64,000 nucleotides of DNA from an uncultured bacterium (GTDB taxonomy: Bacteria; Patescibacteriota; Minisyncoccia; Phycocordibacterales; Phycocordibacteraceae), in assembly GCA_947085985.1 (NCBI GenBank), contig CAMTYL010000003.1:137239-201238 (forward strand), given 5' to 3'. A model generated the notes under the pieces. That model was given only the letters and a program-made list of their open reading frames with translations. It had not been told where the DNA came from and searched no databases. The stretch's first letter is position 1. Each line of letters opens with the position of its first letter. Made by a program: the position numbers and the translations under genes. Of the stretch, positions 19,087 to 28,048 are shown piece by piece.

Positions 19087-19623
19087 TTAATCAGCGTTAT
19101 TGCGGATCAAGTCCTCTACATATCGAGAGAAATACCCAGCATATTTTTCACGAATTTCCGGAAGCTTCCAATCAGAACCTGTTATGTTGCCTCGACACGA
19201 GGTAGTTCCGCATAAACATGGCATAGGTTCCCATAGCTCCTCTGCTCGCTCTACGTCAGTCATGGCGTAGTCAAAAGTAATTTGCTCCCCTGCAGCAATG
19301 TCACGCAGTGCAACCATCGATATCTGCCCACGGAAACCACAGGTTGGCTCACATGAGTGATTTACATTGAAAACGCCGTCCGCTATTTCACGCACAGGTT
19401 CTATTGGGCATATATATTGATTACGTTCAACTTGGAAACAGTGATACCCGTAGGGCTCGTATTGAGGCAGGTCTAATTCAGGTGACGCAAGAATGCGGCC
19501 TCCTTGTACAATAACCAGGTCATTCTTCGGTATTGGATCCTTGGTGAAGGTTCCAATACCGATTCCTGGAACGTCCCGGAATTCTAGTGAGGGGTGCACC
19601 CAAGAGTATGTAGTCATTTTCAT
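19087..19623 (-). CDS. SET-domain protein (putative lysine methyltransferase)
   Basis: NHSCEPTC (NHSCxPN), EQITFDYA (ELTFDY) and a post-SET Cys cluster (CLCGTTSCRG). Confidence 0.65.
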   Translation of the reverse strand: MKMTTYSWVHPSLEFRDVPGIGIGTFTKDPIPKNDLVIVQGGRILASPELDLPQYEPYGYHCFQVERNQYICPIEPVREIADGVFNVNHSCEPTCGFRGQISMVALRDIAAGEQITFDYAMTDVERAEELWEPMPCLCGTTSCRGNITGSDWKLPEIREKYAGYFSRYVEDLIRNNAD

Positions 19624-19633
19624 AAGCCAATAG

Positions 19634-20032
19634 TTATTCAGTAATCTCTTCAGCAGAGGGTTCGCTCGTCTCTGACATTGGCTCATAAACACAAATTTCT
19701 CCCTCTTCCAGGGTGTCTTCGGAACAGAGAGTTAGTACACAATCTGGCTCGTTTACCTCGCAGGTAAGAGCAGGACACTGATCCAGTAGGTAGTTAGGAC
19801 ACAGGGTAATATACGCTGCGCTCTTCTCAATTCGCTTGTAGGGCTCTGTGTCGCACTCAGCATCTATAGGGTCGCAGTCTTGCACAAAGCATGATTCTGC
19901 AGAAGGGTCGCATGGAACATGATCAGTGATTAAAAAATTCCGCTCTAAAAAGTACACGGAGTACTTCCACGCAACTGCACTTACAAGAAGCGCAATAAAC
20001 ACAAACAAAAGCCACTTAGAGTTCTTTTTCAC
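19634..20032 (-). CDS. Small membrane-anchored Cys-rich acidic protein (hypothetical)
   Basis: N-terminal TM/signal (KWLLFVFIALLVSAVAW). 14 Cys in about 100 residues, with an acidic tail. Confidence 0.35.
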   Translation of the reverse strand: MKKNSKWLLFVFIALLVSAVAWKYSVYFLERNFLITDHVPCDPSAESCFVQDCDPIDAECDTEPYKRIEKSAAYITLCPNYLLDQCPALTCEVNEPDCVLTLCSEDTLEEGEICVYEPMSETSEPSAEEITE

Positions 20033-20129
20033 GTACTACTATTGTAGCCCACGCCATGCGCCGATTTCTACACTACTCCACAGACGCAAAAAGGGCCGCT
20101 GGTGAATACCAGCGGCCCCGCCATGATGG

Positions 20130-20759
20130 CTAGAGAAAGGACGCGAGTTGCTGAAGCAGAGCTTCAAGCCACTCGATTGTGTGGACAACCCACTGCCACT
20201 CGGGCTGGGTGAGACAGGTCTCGCCAGCGCACCCAGCCAGACGCTCGAACCAGTGGGTTGCGTAGGTCAACGTGAGCCAGTACAGCGCAGTCCAGACACC
20301 CACCCCCCACAATACCGACGGAATCATCACGCGAAAGACGACCGACAGCCGCCCCTCACCCTTCTTGCGAAGGAATAGGGTGACGTAGTCACATTCCAGG
20401 TAAACGACACTGCCGATAAGCATCATGGTCCAGTACGAGTGGCTCAAGAAGCGCAGAAGCGCCTTGGTCGTCATGGTCATGATACGGCCGACCCAGGACC
20501 CCTTGCGGGAAGTGGGCTCGAACGCCCACTTCTTGAGGTCGTCCACGCCGGTGATGTCGAACCCGCGCTTTGACGTCTGCAGATGGAGTTCAAGTACCCC
20601 CAAACTGAAGACAAACGAGAGGCCGACGCCTACGGCGAAAGCGTGGAGCGGACCCCACTTAATGAGGCAGATGATGATGGCCGCATCAATGAGTTTGTCC
20701 AAAAAGGACAGAAAGCGCTCAACGGTGAGCGCGCTCGCAATTCGAGCTTCGTTTCGCAC
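20130..20759 (-). CDS. Hypothetical polytopic membrane protein (high-GC gene)
   Basis: About 5 predicted TM segments. GC is clearly higher than the flanks. No motif assignment. Confidence 0.35.
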   Translation of the reverse strand: MRNEARIASALTVERFLSFLDKLIDAAIIICLIKWGPLHAFAVGVGLSFVFSLGVLELHLQTSKRGFDITGVDDLKKWAFEPTSRKGSWVGRIMTMTTKALLRFLSHSYWTMMLIGSVVYLECDYVTLFLRKKGEGRLSVVFRVMIPSVLWGVGVWTALYWLTLTYATHWFERLAGCAGETCLTQPEWQWVVHTIEWLEALLQQLASFL

Positions 20760-20845
20760 CGGAGTCTCCTTTCCTTTCTATGGGAGCGCACAGAGCAACT
20801 ACCTGTATATATTATACAGGTACAGCGTAATTTGTCAAGTATTTA

Positions 20846-21940
20846 CTACCCTTTCGCAGAGCCGTATATGAAAACGTTCTCTTCAAGGAAGCTTGGAATA
20901 AACTCCTTTTTCTCTGTCACATTCTGGAGATGCTTCTTGAACAAGGGCATAAGCACGTCGTACGTAGTGATTAGTGGAGCCTTTGCCTTTGGTACTCCCG
21001 CCTGAGAGCTCATCCAGCCGTCTTCCTTGAGAATAGGCACCGCAAGACGCATAAGCTCGTCATAGAATGCCGAAAGTCGAGTGAGGGCCTTACCGCTTCC
21101 TACAGGTTCATCGGTGAGGTCTATGATGATGCCGTCAAACTTCATGCAACGGTCCTTTGCCATGCGTAGGTACTGCATCGCGTCGCCCACGGACACCATG
21201 ACGTTCGGGTTACCGAACAATTTGTTCTGGTCAAAGTAGGTGCGAGCGCAGTAGATAACTTCCAGATCAAGCTCGGCAATAGTGATGCGAGCATTCGGGT
21301 TCTTCTCTAGTACTTTAGCCGCAACAAATCCGTCTCCTCCACCGAGAATAAGAATCTCTTTATCAGTAGGACGAAGCTCTTTGGTAATCGCTTCATCATA
21401 GATGTGCGTGTCACTCACTGACACCTGGGTGATGCCGTCAATAAGCATGGTCTTTCCAAACTTCTCCAAATCAAGCACCTGAATTTCCTGGAACGGACTC
21501 TTAATCTCTGCAAGTTTACGATGGACTGTTACGGTCTGCTTGGTGTTGTCCTTGTAAATAGGAATAGTGATGGTCTTTAGTTCAGCATAGCCACGATCAA
21601 CATCGTGAATCTTCTTGCGGGTGTGAGCCAGATGCTTTACCACGTGCTCAACAGCTAGATAGGTTTGCGATTCATTGGAACAGCTAAATACGTCAAACGC
21701 GGCGTAGCCATACTCGGGCCATGTGTGTACAGAAATGTGGGAGGTAGAAAGGACCAATACTCCCGTTACGCCGTGGGGCTCAAATTTATGGAAATGCGAG
21801 TGGAGAATCTCCATTTTGGCAGCATGCGCTGCACCCTCTAGAAGCTTCTTAAGCTCCGCCGCGTCGTCTAGGTCGTGGTAGTCACACCCGTATAGGTCAA
21901 ACAAATAGTGTTTTCCCTTGATTTTCTTAACTTTAATCAT
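20846..21940 (-). CDS. Fusion of S-adenosylmethionine decarboxylase proenzyme (SpeH-type) and spermidine synthase (SpeE)
   Basis: N-terminal GKHYLFDLYGC...GVTGVLVLSTSHISVHTWPEYGYAAFDVFSC is AdoMetDC with the self-cleavage Ser. The C-terminus has the spermidine synthase fold (ILILGGGDGF, ...ITIAELD...). Confidence 0.7.
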   Translation of the reverse strand: MIKVKKIKGKHYLFDLYGCDYHDLDDAAELKKLLEGAAHAAKMEILHSHFHKFEPHGVTGVLVLSTSHISVHTWPEYGYAAFDVFSCSNESQTYLAVEHVVKHLAHTRKKIHDVDRGYAELKTITIPIYKDNTKQTVTVHRKLAEIKSPFQEIQVLDLEKFGKTMLIDGITQVSVSDTHIYDEAITKELRPTDKEILILGGGDGFVAAKVLEKNPNARITIAELDLEVIYCARTYFDQNKLFGNPNVMVSVGDAMQYLRMAKDRCMKFDGIIIDLTDEPVGSGKALTRLSAFYDELMRLAVPILKEDGWMSSQAGVPKAKAPLITTYDVLMPLFKKHLQNVTEKKEFIPSFLEENVFIYGSAKG

Positions 21941-22109
21941 GAAAGTTGTATGTGGTTTAAGTATACCACGTATTTCTAGACTGACAAGCTATCGTGAACT
22001 CCCGCTTGCTAACGGGTTCCCTTCTTCACTCCCCTTTCCGCCTGGCACCGCACAGGTCTTTGGAAAGATAATAGCACCCCTTTCCCTGTTGCTGACGCTT
22101 CCTTACTGA

Positions 22110-22190
22110 TTAAAGGGTTTCGTCCGCGAGGAACGAACCAGCCTGGATGCTCCAGAGTTTGTGGTAGAGGCCGCCCTCTTGTTTCAGTAA
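22110..22190 (-). pseudogene. Orphan 3' fragment (about 26 codons) of an MsbA-like ABC exporter gene; repeat copy a
   Basis: It encodes ...GLLKQEGGLYHKLWSIQAGSFLADETL*, matching the C-terminus of the intact ABC gene (…DDLLKQEGGLYHKLWSIQAGSFIKDSEE*). About 50 of 57 nt are identical by eye to 37259-37315. Confidence 0.6.
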
Positions 22191-22194
22191 GCCT

Positions 22195-22223
22195 TTGACA
22201 AACACTAAATAAGTCTGTATTTT
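22195..22223 (+). promoter_or_regulatory. Promoter-like element upstream of trpS2
   Basis: TTGACA, 17 nt, TATTTT. AAGGAG lies 6 nt before the ATG at 22257. The element sits immediately after repeat copy a. Confidence 0.35.
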
Positions 22224-22256
22224 GCACTCAGACACCAATTCTTTAAGGAGAGCATT

Positions 22257-23255
22257 ATGCTCGAACAAACGGTTCTGTCGGGCATTCGGGCAACCGGGCG
22301 CCTTCACTTCGGAAACTACATTGGCGCGGTGCTCCAGTTTCAGAGACTGCAGCGTGTGAACAATCTGTCGATGTACTTCATCGCGGACTGGCATACACTC
22401 ACCACGCTTCGGAATCCAGATGAACTGCGCGGGAATGTGATCGAGATTGTGAAGGACTATCTGGCCGCTGGCCTTAACCCTGAGCTCTCGACCATCTACG
22501 CTCAGTCAAGTGTGCCCGAAATCGCTGAGCTGTCGCTGTACCTTTCAATGTTTCAGCCACTCGGTGAGCTCGAGCGCGTCCCAACGTTCAAGGATCTGGT
22601 TCGCAAGAACCCCGACAACGTTACGTTGGGACTGGTTACCTATCCAGTTCTGATGGCGGCCGACATCTTGGGCGTGCAAGCTACACTTGTCCCTGTCGGC
22701 GAGGATCAGATACCAAATGTAGAGCTTGCTCGGAATTTGGCTCAACGTTTCAATCATCAGTTCGGAGAGACGTTCACCTTGCCCGAAATGCTGAGTGAAA
22801 TGGTCAAGGTGCCTGGTCTCGATGGCGACAAGATGGGAAAATCGGACGCCAACAACGCGGTCGACATAAACTCCCCTATTAGCGAAATACGAGAGCGGTA
22901 TCTGAAGCGAGGAGCCAGCGACCCTGCGCGAAAACTGCGGACCGATCCCGGGAATCCGTACACCAAATGCCCGGCCATCTATCCGTTGCACGAGATCGTT
23001 ACTGATGGTGAGACGCAGACACGAGAAATCGCGAAACTCTGCCAAACTGCCGGCATCGGTTGTCAAGACTGCAAGAATCGGTTAGTGGACAGTATCGCTA
23101 CGGTCCTTGAGCCATTTCAGGAACGTCGTCGTGAGTTGACCGATAAAGACGACTACGCCAAGGAAGTCCTGCACGAGGGAGGGAAAAAAGCTAGGGCGCG
23201 AGTTGCCGAAACTCTTGCTCTCGTGCGCGATAAAGTTGGCATCATCATCTACTAG
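22257..23255 (+). CDS. Second tryptophanyl-tRNA synthetase paralog
   Basis: GIRATGRLHFGNYIGAV (HIGH-type) and KMGKS; 332 aa. It has clearly higher GC and lower identity to the first trpS. It lies in the accessory block. Confidence 0.8.
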   Translation: MLEQTVLSGIRATGRLHFGNYIGAVLQFQRLQRVNNLSMYFIADWHTLTTLRNPDELRGNVIEIVKDYLAAGLNPELSTIYAQSSVPEIAELSLYLSMFQPLGELERVPTFKDLVRKNPDNVTLGLVTYPVLMAADILGVQATLVPVGEDQIPNVELARNLAQRFNHQFGETFTLPEMLSEMVKVPGLDGDKMGKSDANNAVDINSPISEIRERYLKRGASDPARKLRTDPGNPYTKCPAIYPLHEIVTDGETQTREIAKLCQTAGIGCQDCKNRLVDSIATVLEPFQERRRELTDKDDYAKEVLHEGGKKARARVAETLALVRDKVGIIIY

Positions 23256-23311
23256 ATGCTGGAATCAAATTGGGGCCCGGTCATCTTGACCGGGCCCCTC
23301 TTGCTGATTGT

Positions 23312-24271
23312 CTACGCGCTCAGCTCACTTATTGCTCTTAGTGAGTCACGTTGCTCCGTGGGGAGTACGTTGCCAAGCACGTTGTTAAGAAGTGTAATTA
23401 CCCCTTGTGGAGGTTCAAGTGGATCGATGCACAGTACATATCCTTTTGGGCACCGGGCGATTTGTATCGATTTGGCCCGTTCGGAACCAAAAGCCCAGGT
23501 GACCATTTCGCGAAAGTTTTTTTCCACAAACCAGTGTGAGAGGAAGAAACCGTCACGGTTTGGATCTTGTCCTACAACCCTGATTGCACCAGTGCTATCA
23601 CTCGCGAGACAGGTGCCGAGAACCTTCTGAACCGTCTCCTGCCACAGCGGAGAAGGATGTGTGTGGAGAACAGCTCCAACACCAAGGTCGCGATACGTTC
23701 CAGCATTTAGGCTAACGGCGTCAAAGTTGAACTGCGACCCCAGCACCTTTCCATTCTTGAGATACTCATCGATACCGCTACCGTTGTGTCCATCCTCCTC
23801 GTATCGGCTTATAAGTGCTTGCGCACGGTATACGCCAATAATGACCCGGCGTGGTGCCTTAGGAATAAGCGAGACAGCTTGGAGGATCGATCCAGAAATC
23901 ACGTCGACTTCCACCCCTTGTTTCTGATAGTGGCTGAGCGAGAATTCCTTCGCGTACTGTGTCATAACCTTCGAGAGATCATTGAAGATCACGCGCTCAA
24001 CCGAGCGCCCCTCTGCGTGTAGAACATCAGTAACTACGCGTGGATCACGACAACCGTTAGCGCCACCAAGCGTGATAACGTCCCGAGCGACATAACCAGA
24101 GGCTGCGTAATTCTTGCAGAACTCTGTGACGGCATTGAGTTCGCCCTGATTGTCCTTTGTCATTGGCGCCTTCTGATATCCGGGCGCTTGTCTGTCCCAA
24201 AATACTACCTGACCCTCTGTGGTAAGGGTAGGAATAGGGAGCCAGCCTGAGTCGTTTTGGTTCTGCGTCAT
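23312..24271 (-). CDS. Hypothetical protein, possibly a Rossmann-fold SAM-dependent methyltransferase
   Basis: VITLGGANGCRD (motif I-like) followed by ERVIFNDLS (acidic post-I). Weak; 319 aa. Confidence 0.3.
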   Translation of the reverse strand: MTQNQNDSGWLPIPTLTTEGQVVFWDRQAPGYQKAPMTKDNQGELNAVTEFCKNYAASGYVARDVITLGGANGCRDPRVVTDVLHAEGRSVERVIFNDLSKVMTQYAKEFSLSHYQKQGVEVDVISGSILQAVSLIPKAPRRVIIGVYRAQALISRYEEDGHNGSGIDEYLKNGKVLGSQFNFDAVSLNAGTYRDLGVGAVLHTHPSPLWQETVQKVLGTCLASDSTGAIRVVGQDPNRDGFFLSHWFVEKNFREMVTWAFGSERAKSIQIARCPKGYVLCIDPLEPPQGVITLLNNVLGNVLPTEQRDSLRAISELSA

Positions 24272-24385
24272 CGAATGTATCCCTTTAATTACCGAGCTCG
24301 AATGAGCTGTTCTGCAGGGATCATACCTGTATTATACATTCCCGCAAGGTAAGTTGTCCCGCTAAGAAGTGAGCACACTAAGCTC

Positions 24386-25390
24386 CTATACTCTGCGCTC
24401 TATTACTGGAAGCGAGAGAAACATTGCTTCCTCGAGCAGGCTAGTCTTGCTCACTGGGTTAGTCATCATAATCGGGTGTGTATCGAATGGCGCAAGAATA
24501 GGATCGAGGCCAATACTGCTGATACCGAGCGGCGTGCCTTTCCTGACAAGTTGGAAATCTCTAACTTCTTCTGGGTCCGGGATTTTATACGACATATCTG
24601 GAAAAAGAATAGATCCTTCTATGAAGTACTCTTTGTACGTTCTTTCGGTTCTATTGGGAGCTCCTGCAATCATGCCCAAGTTTTGGAGCACCACAGTAGC
24701 CGTATCGATGGCGCACTTGAAAGACTCAGGTCTTTTATGAGAACCTGCTTCGATAGCAAAAACATCCGCGTCCTTGTCTGGTGAACCGTAAAAGGCGAAT
24801 GCTGGCTTTCCAACCTGCGCATTCTCAATATTGAGCAGTATGGTTTCGATGGGAATTCCGTGCAGAAGTTCGTCAGGCAATCCATCGCTGCGAGAGATAA
24901 TCATCGGAGACATTTCAGTAAGCGTGCTGTGCACATCTAGGGCGTGCGTAAACTCCTCCCACACTGACTGAAGTTCCTTGGCTCTACGGACCTCGCTTCG
25001 GGTATCGTCGCTAAGAGAGAGAACATTGGGCGGCAGTCTGTTCATGTTTACATCGACAAACCTTGCAAGTCGTTCTTCTGTTTCAGATTGAGCGCCCATA
25101 TACCTATCAGTCGCATCTATGTTGTTTAGAACCAAAAAAAGCTTTCCTTTTAAAAGTTGACTACCCTCGCTCAATCTATCAAAAAGGTTGTGGATTACAG
25201 CTAGGCCGCTTGGTTCATTTCCGTGCGTACAGGCAGTAATACCCAAGACAGGGCCAGAAACTCCACTCTCAATGCAGTAGACTCCTGGCACATTACGATA
25301 GTAAGAGCTTCTTATGCGCGTGAAAGTTTCAAGAAGCTCCCCATGAGATGGAACCTCATCAATAGTAGCTATCATAAGATTTAAGTACAC
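24386..25390 (-). CDS. Succinylglutamate desuccinylase / aspartoacylase (AstE/AspA) family zinc deacylase
   Basis: GITACTHGNEPSG (the family's H-G-N-E zinc-binding signature); 334 aa. Confidence 0.55.
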   Translation of the reverse strand: MYLNLMIATIDEVPSHGELLETFTRIRSSYYRNVPGVYCIESGVSGPVLGITACTHGNEPSGLAVIHNLFDRLSEGSQLLKGKLFLVLNNIDATDRYMGAQSETEERLARFVDVNMNRLPPNVLSLSDDTRSEVRRAKELQSVWEEFTHALDVHSTLTEMSPMIISRSDGLPDELLHGIPIETILLNIENAQVGKPAFAFYGSPDKDADVFAIEAGSHKRPESFKCAIDTATVVLQNLGMIAGAPNRTERTYKEYFIEGSILFPDMSYKIPDPEEVRDFQLVRKGTPLGISSIGLDPILAPFDTHPIMMTNPVSKTSLLEEAMFLSLPVIERRV

Positions 25391-25458
25391 TATACCTTAG
25401 AAAAATTTGGAATTAAAAGCGGGGGCTTGTGGCCCCCGCTCTCAAACAACAACTGTCC

Positions 25459-26166
25459 TCAGAATTTTCCAACAAAGAGGAAACCGTCGTTTGATTGACC
25501 ATCCTTGATATTGAGCTGATGCTCAAACCAGGAGGAAATGGCAGTGTCGGCGCACGAGGGTATTCTCTCGTACAAACACTGCCTGTACAGACCTTTACTC
25601 ACTCCAGTCACTGGATCGAATACTCCTTCCCTTTCGCTCATAAGCCTCGCGGCCTGACCACGAAGTTGCTCTGGAATACCCTCGAGTGGATTAGGCCAAA
25701 GTGACGAGGAAAAGCTTTTTGCGAGGCAGTACATCACCGGATTCTGGGTGGTGAAGGCTACTGTGTCCAGGGAACTTCTCTCACGAAGTGCTCCGACTAG
25801 GCGTGCGGCGGCCCGTTGCCCTTTGACTTTTGGCGACAAGGCTATTCCGTGAAGGTACATATAGCCCTCTCTCGGAAATAGACCAGACGCAAAGCCCAGA
25901 GCTTCTTCGTCAGTATGAAGGATCGCCAGAGCTGAGGCTCCGCTCAGATGCTGTTTCGTTCCGTCCCCAGAATCTTCATTCAAAGGGGTCCCGAAACTAT
26001 CAGCAGTGAGCTGTGTCAGATGGCTGATGAGTAGCTGTACACAGCTTTCATTCTCGTCGAGAGATACCGGGCTGTCCGTGGTGCCAAGAATGGATACTTG
26101 GAGCCCGGCGCTTTGCCCACACCGCTCGGCGTCTTGTAGCTTAAGGAAGTCCGCGAGGTAGGTCAT
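25459..26166 (-). CDS. Putative GNAT-like acyltransferase
   Basis: YMYLHGIALSPKVKGQRAAARLVGAL resembles the GNAT motif A acetyl-CoA loop. Weak. Confidence 0.35.
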   Translation of the reverse strand: MTYLADFLKLQDAERCGQSAGLQVSILGTTDSPVSLDENESCVQLLISHLTQLTADSFGTPLNEDSGDGTKQHLSGASALAILHTDEEALGFASGLFPREGYMYLHGIALSPKVKGQRAAARLVGALRERSSLDTVAFTTQNPVMYCLAKSFSSSLWPNPLEGIPEQLRGQAARLMSEREGVFDPVTGVSKGLYRQCLYERIPSCADTAISSWFEHQLNIKDGQSNDGFLFVGKF

Positions 26167-26298
26167 GCAAGGCCCCTTTCGTGGCTGTGCTGGTTCAGTC
26201 TGGAACAAGAGTACCAGGTACCCCAATCCTGTCAAACGTATACACAAAGCAGCGCCGCTTAGGAATAGCTTCCCAAGCGGCGCAATCTCCTCGTGTTC

Positions 26299-26736
26299 TT
26301 AGTAGATCATCCCGGTTATTTCAGCGATGCATTCAACCGTTCGCCAAGGCTTGTCGCAATCTGTTTCCTCGAGCAGTCCAGCAAATTTTCCTCTCTTAAG
26401 CCAAACTGTCTTCGCGCCGCACTGATTACCAAAGCGGATTTCCTCGTGCAGATAGTCGCCGATAACATACACAGAGTTGTGTCCCTCTCCTGTGCGCTCA
26501 ACTAACTCCGCGAACATCTCTCTAGTCTTCTCCTCTACAAACGAAACAGAGGAAAAGAAGCTCAAGATACCGTGGGATTCAAGGATGTGTTCACGACCCG
26601 GTTCCTTGCGAGAGACAAGGTGCATTTCAGCACCGGACCCTCTTAGCCAGGTGAGCATCTCTAGGACGCCGGGAAGGAGACTGTTTGTGTCGGGGTCGTA
26701 CAAGGTACGGTTAAGATCAAATATCACACAAGTCAT
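26299..26736 (-). CDS. HAD-superfamily hydrolase
   Basis: N-terminal DxN nucleophile motif (CVIFDLNRTL) and C-terminal VIGDxxxxD motif (VYVIGDYLHEEI). Confidence 0.55.
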   Translation of the reverse strand: MTCVIFDLNRTLYDPDTNSLLPGVLEMLTWLRGSGAEMHLVSRKEPGREHILESHGILSFFSSVSFVEEKTREMFAELVERTGEGHNSVYVIGDYLHEEIRFGNQCGAKTVWLKRGKFAGLLEETDCDKPWRTVECIAEITGMIY

Positions 26737-26809
26737 TCTTCTCGCCCTTTTGTTGCTCTCGTCTAAGCCTACGATATCTGTGCTCTTACGCAACTAGGTA
26801 GATAAGATT

Positions 26810-26849
26810 CGTCGGTAAGGAACGAACCAGCCTGGATGCTCCAAAACCT
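26810..26849. repeat. Repeat copy b: ABC-exporter 3'-end-derived direct repeat
   Basis: tcgtcggtaaggaacgaaccagcctggatgctccaaaac. Read on the minus strand it gives WSIQAGSFLTDE, the ABC C-terminal motif. It is in the same orientation as copies a, c and d. Confidence 0.6.
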
Positions 26850-26867
26850 ATAGCTTTTCTTACATAT

Positions 26868-26896
26868 TTGACAAAAATTGGAGCTACAGTATCATA
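26868..26896 (+). promoter_or_regulatory. Promoter-like element after repeat b, upstream of the GCS2 gene
   Basis: TTGACA, 16-17 nt, TATCAT. Followed by a GC hairpin (agccccctc-tcatgt-gagggggct at about 26995-27025) and AAGGAG 7 nt before the ATG at 27071. Confidence 0.3.
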
Positions 26897-27070
26897 TTTA
26901 TATGTACGCGTATTTCGGCCAGCATCATCACATCAATGCACTCTCGTTGAGAGAGGATTGCTTTGATGTTGCGTAGGCTTAGATACCCGCTCCCCCACCA
27001 AAGTAGCCCCCTCTCATGTGAGGGGGCTTTTGCGTTGCAAAAGTACGGTTCTTTAACAAGGAGCACGCAC

Positions 27071-27961
27071 ATGCGTGAAGAACTTCGTTCGTACTTCACT
27101 GATGGACTGCGTCGTCGCGCAGGACATACGGTTGGAGTTGAAGCGGAAACGTCATTTCTCGATGGCGATTCTCAACTTCCCATTTCGCTTGCCACGTCTC
27201 AGAACATGTTCTCTGAGCTTGCGCAACGTAACTGGCATATCGAAAGTACTCGCGGGGGATTGATTACTAGCCTGCGAAGTGAGCGTGGAGATATGCTCAA
27301 CTACGAGCTCGGCAGACAGAATCTTGAGATATCGGCGGCGCCTGGCATTGATGGAGCGTCGGGAATCATGAGTGCGCAAGTGGCGCTCTCTGAACTGTAT
27401 GAGGTAGCACGGCTCTTTGGTGCCGCCCCCTCGTTCTCTCCCATGCTTAGTACTAAAGAGGACTTGCTGGTGATTCCTGACGAGCGTGATGCTATTTGGC
27501 TTCAACTTGATGGGCGTGAGGCTCTTATGCCTCTCGCCACAATCTCTTCGGTCCAGTTCACTGTTGAGGTTTCGCTTGAAAACGCCATTCCTGCTATCAA
27601 CCGCTTGAATGAGGTGTTGCCGGATTTCCTCCGCGAGTATCCTCAAGAGAAGGTGTGGCGAGAGTACATAGCGCAATCGAAAGCTGGGTACGAGGAATCG
27701 CGCTACGGCGGCCCCCGTTACTTCAAGTCGCTTGATGACTACATTGAGCAGCTTGGAAAGTACAGGGTCGTCGCAGGCGCCTGTCTTACTCGGCAAGTTC
27801 CGATTGAGAATGTCTCTCTCTTCATTCGTTCAGTCTGGTGGTACTTCCGACTTCGCCGGTACGGCGACCGCATGTGCATCGAGGTGCGCCCGATTGCTCG
27901 GGTGCATGATGCTGATATCGCGGATAAGCTCGAAATGGTGTTGAACATCATTCACTCGTGA
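27071..27961 (+). CDS. Carboxylate-amine ligase, glutamate-cysteine ligase family 2 (GCS2/YbdK-like)
   Basis: N-terminal GHTVGVEAETSFLD resembles the GCS2 TVGVEEE motif. About 300 aa, the typical size. Paired with a GGCT gene. Confidence 0.45.
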   Translation: MREELRSYFTDGLRRRAGHTVGVEAETSFLDGDSQLPISLATSQNMFSELAQRNWHIESTRGGLITSLRSERGDMLNYELGRQNLEISAAPGIDGASGIMSAQVALSELYEVARLFGAAPSFSPMLSTKEDLLVIPDERDAIWLQLDGREALMPLATISSVQFTVEVSLENAIPAINRLNEVLPDFLREYPQEKVWREYIAQSKAGYEESRYGGPRYFKSLDDYIEQLGKYRVVAGACLTRQVPIENVSLFIRSVWWYFRLRRYGDRMCIEVRPIARVHDADIADKLEMVLNIIHS

Positions 27962-28048
27962 TACCTGAGGGGAGTGCGCTCCCCTCTTTCATCGAGCATT
28001 TCAGGTTCACTGAAATGTTCGACAAAAGATTACTAAGTATCAAAGTGT

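Noticed and set aside
22110-22394. 94-aa minus-strand ORF spanning the orphan ABC fragment and extending into the trpS2 5' region
   Set aside because: Only the last about 26 codons are homologous to the ABC exporter. The upstream part overlaps the trpS2 promoter and start and has no homology, so the ORF is a fortuitous extension of a gene remnant (called a pseudogene fragment instead).
26963-27070. N-terminal 36-codon extension of the GCS2 ligase ORF (start at 26963)
   Set aside because: The extension would run through the promoter-like element and the GC hairpin, and it lacks an RBS. The ATG at 27071 has AAGGAG 7 nt upstream.
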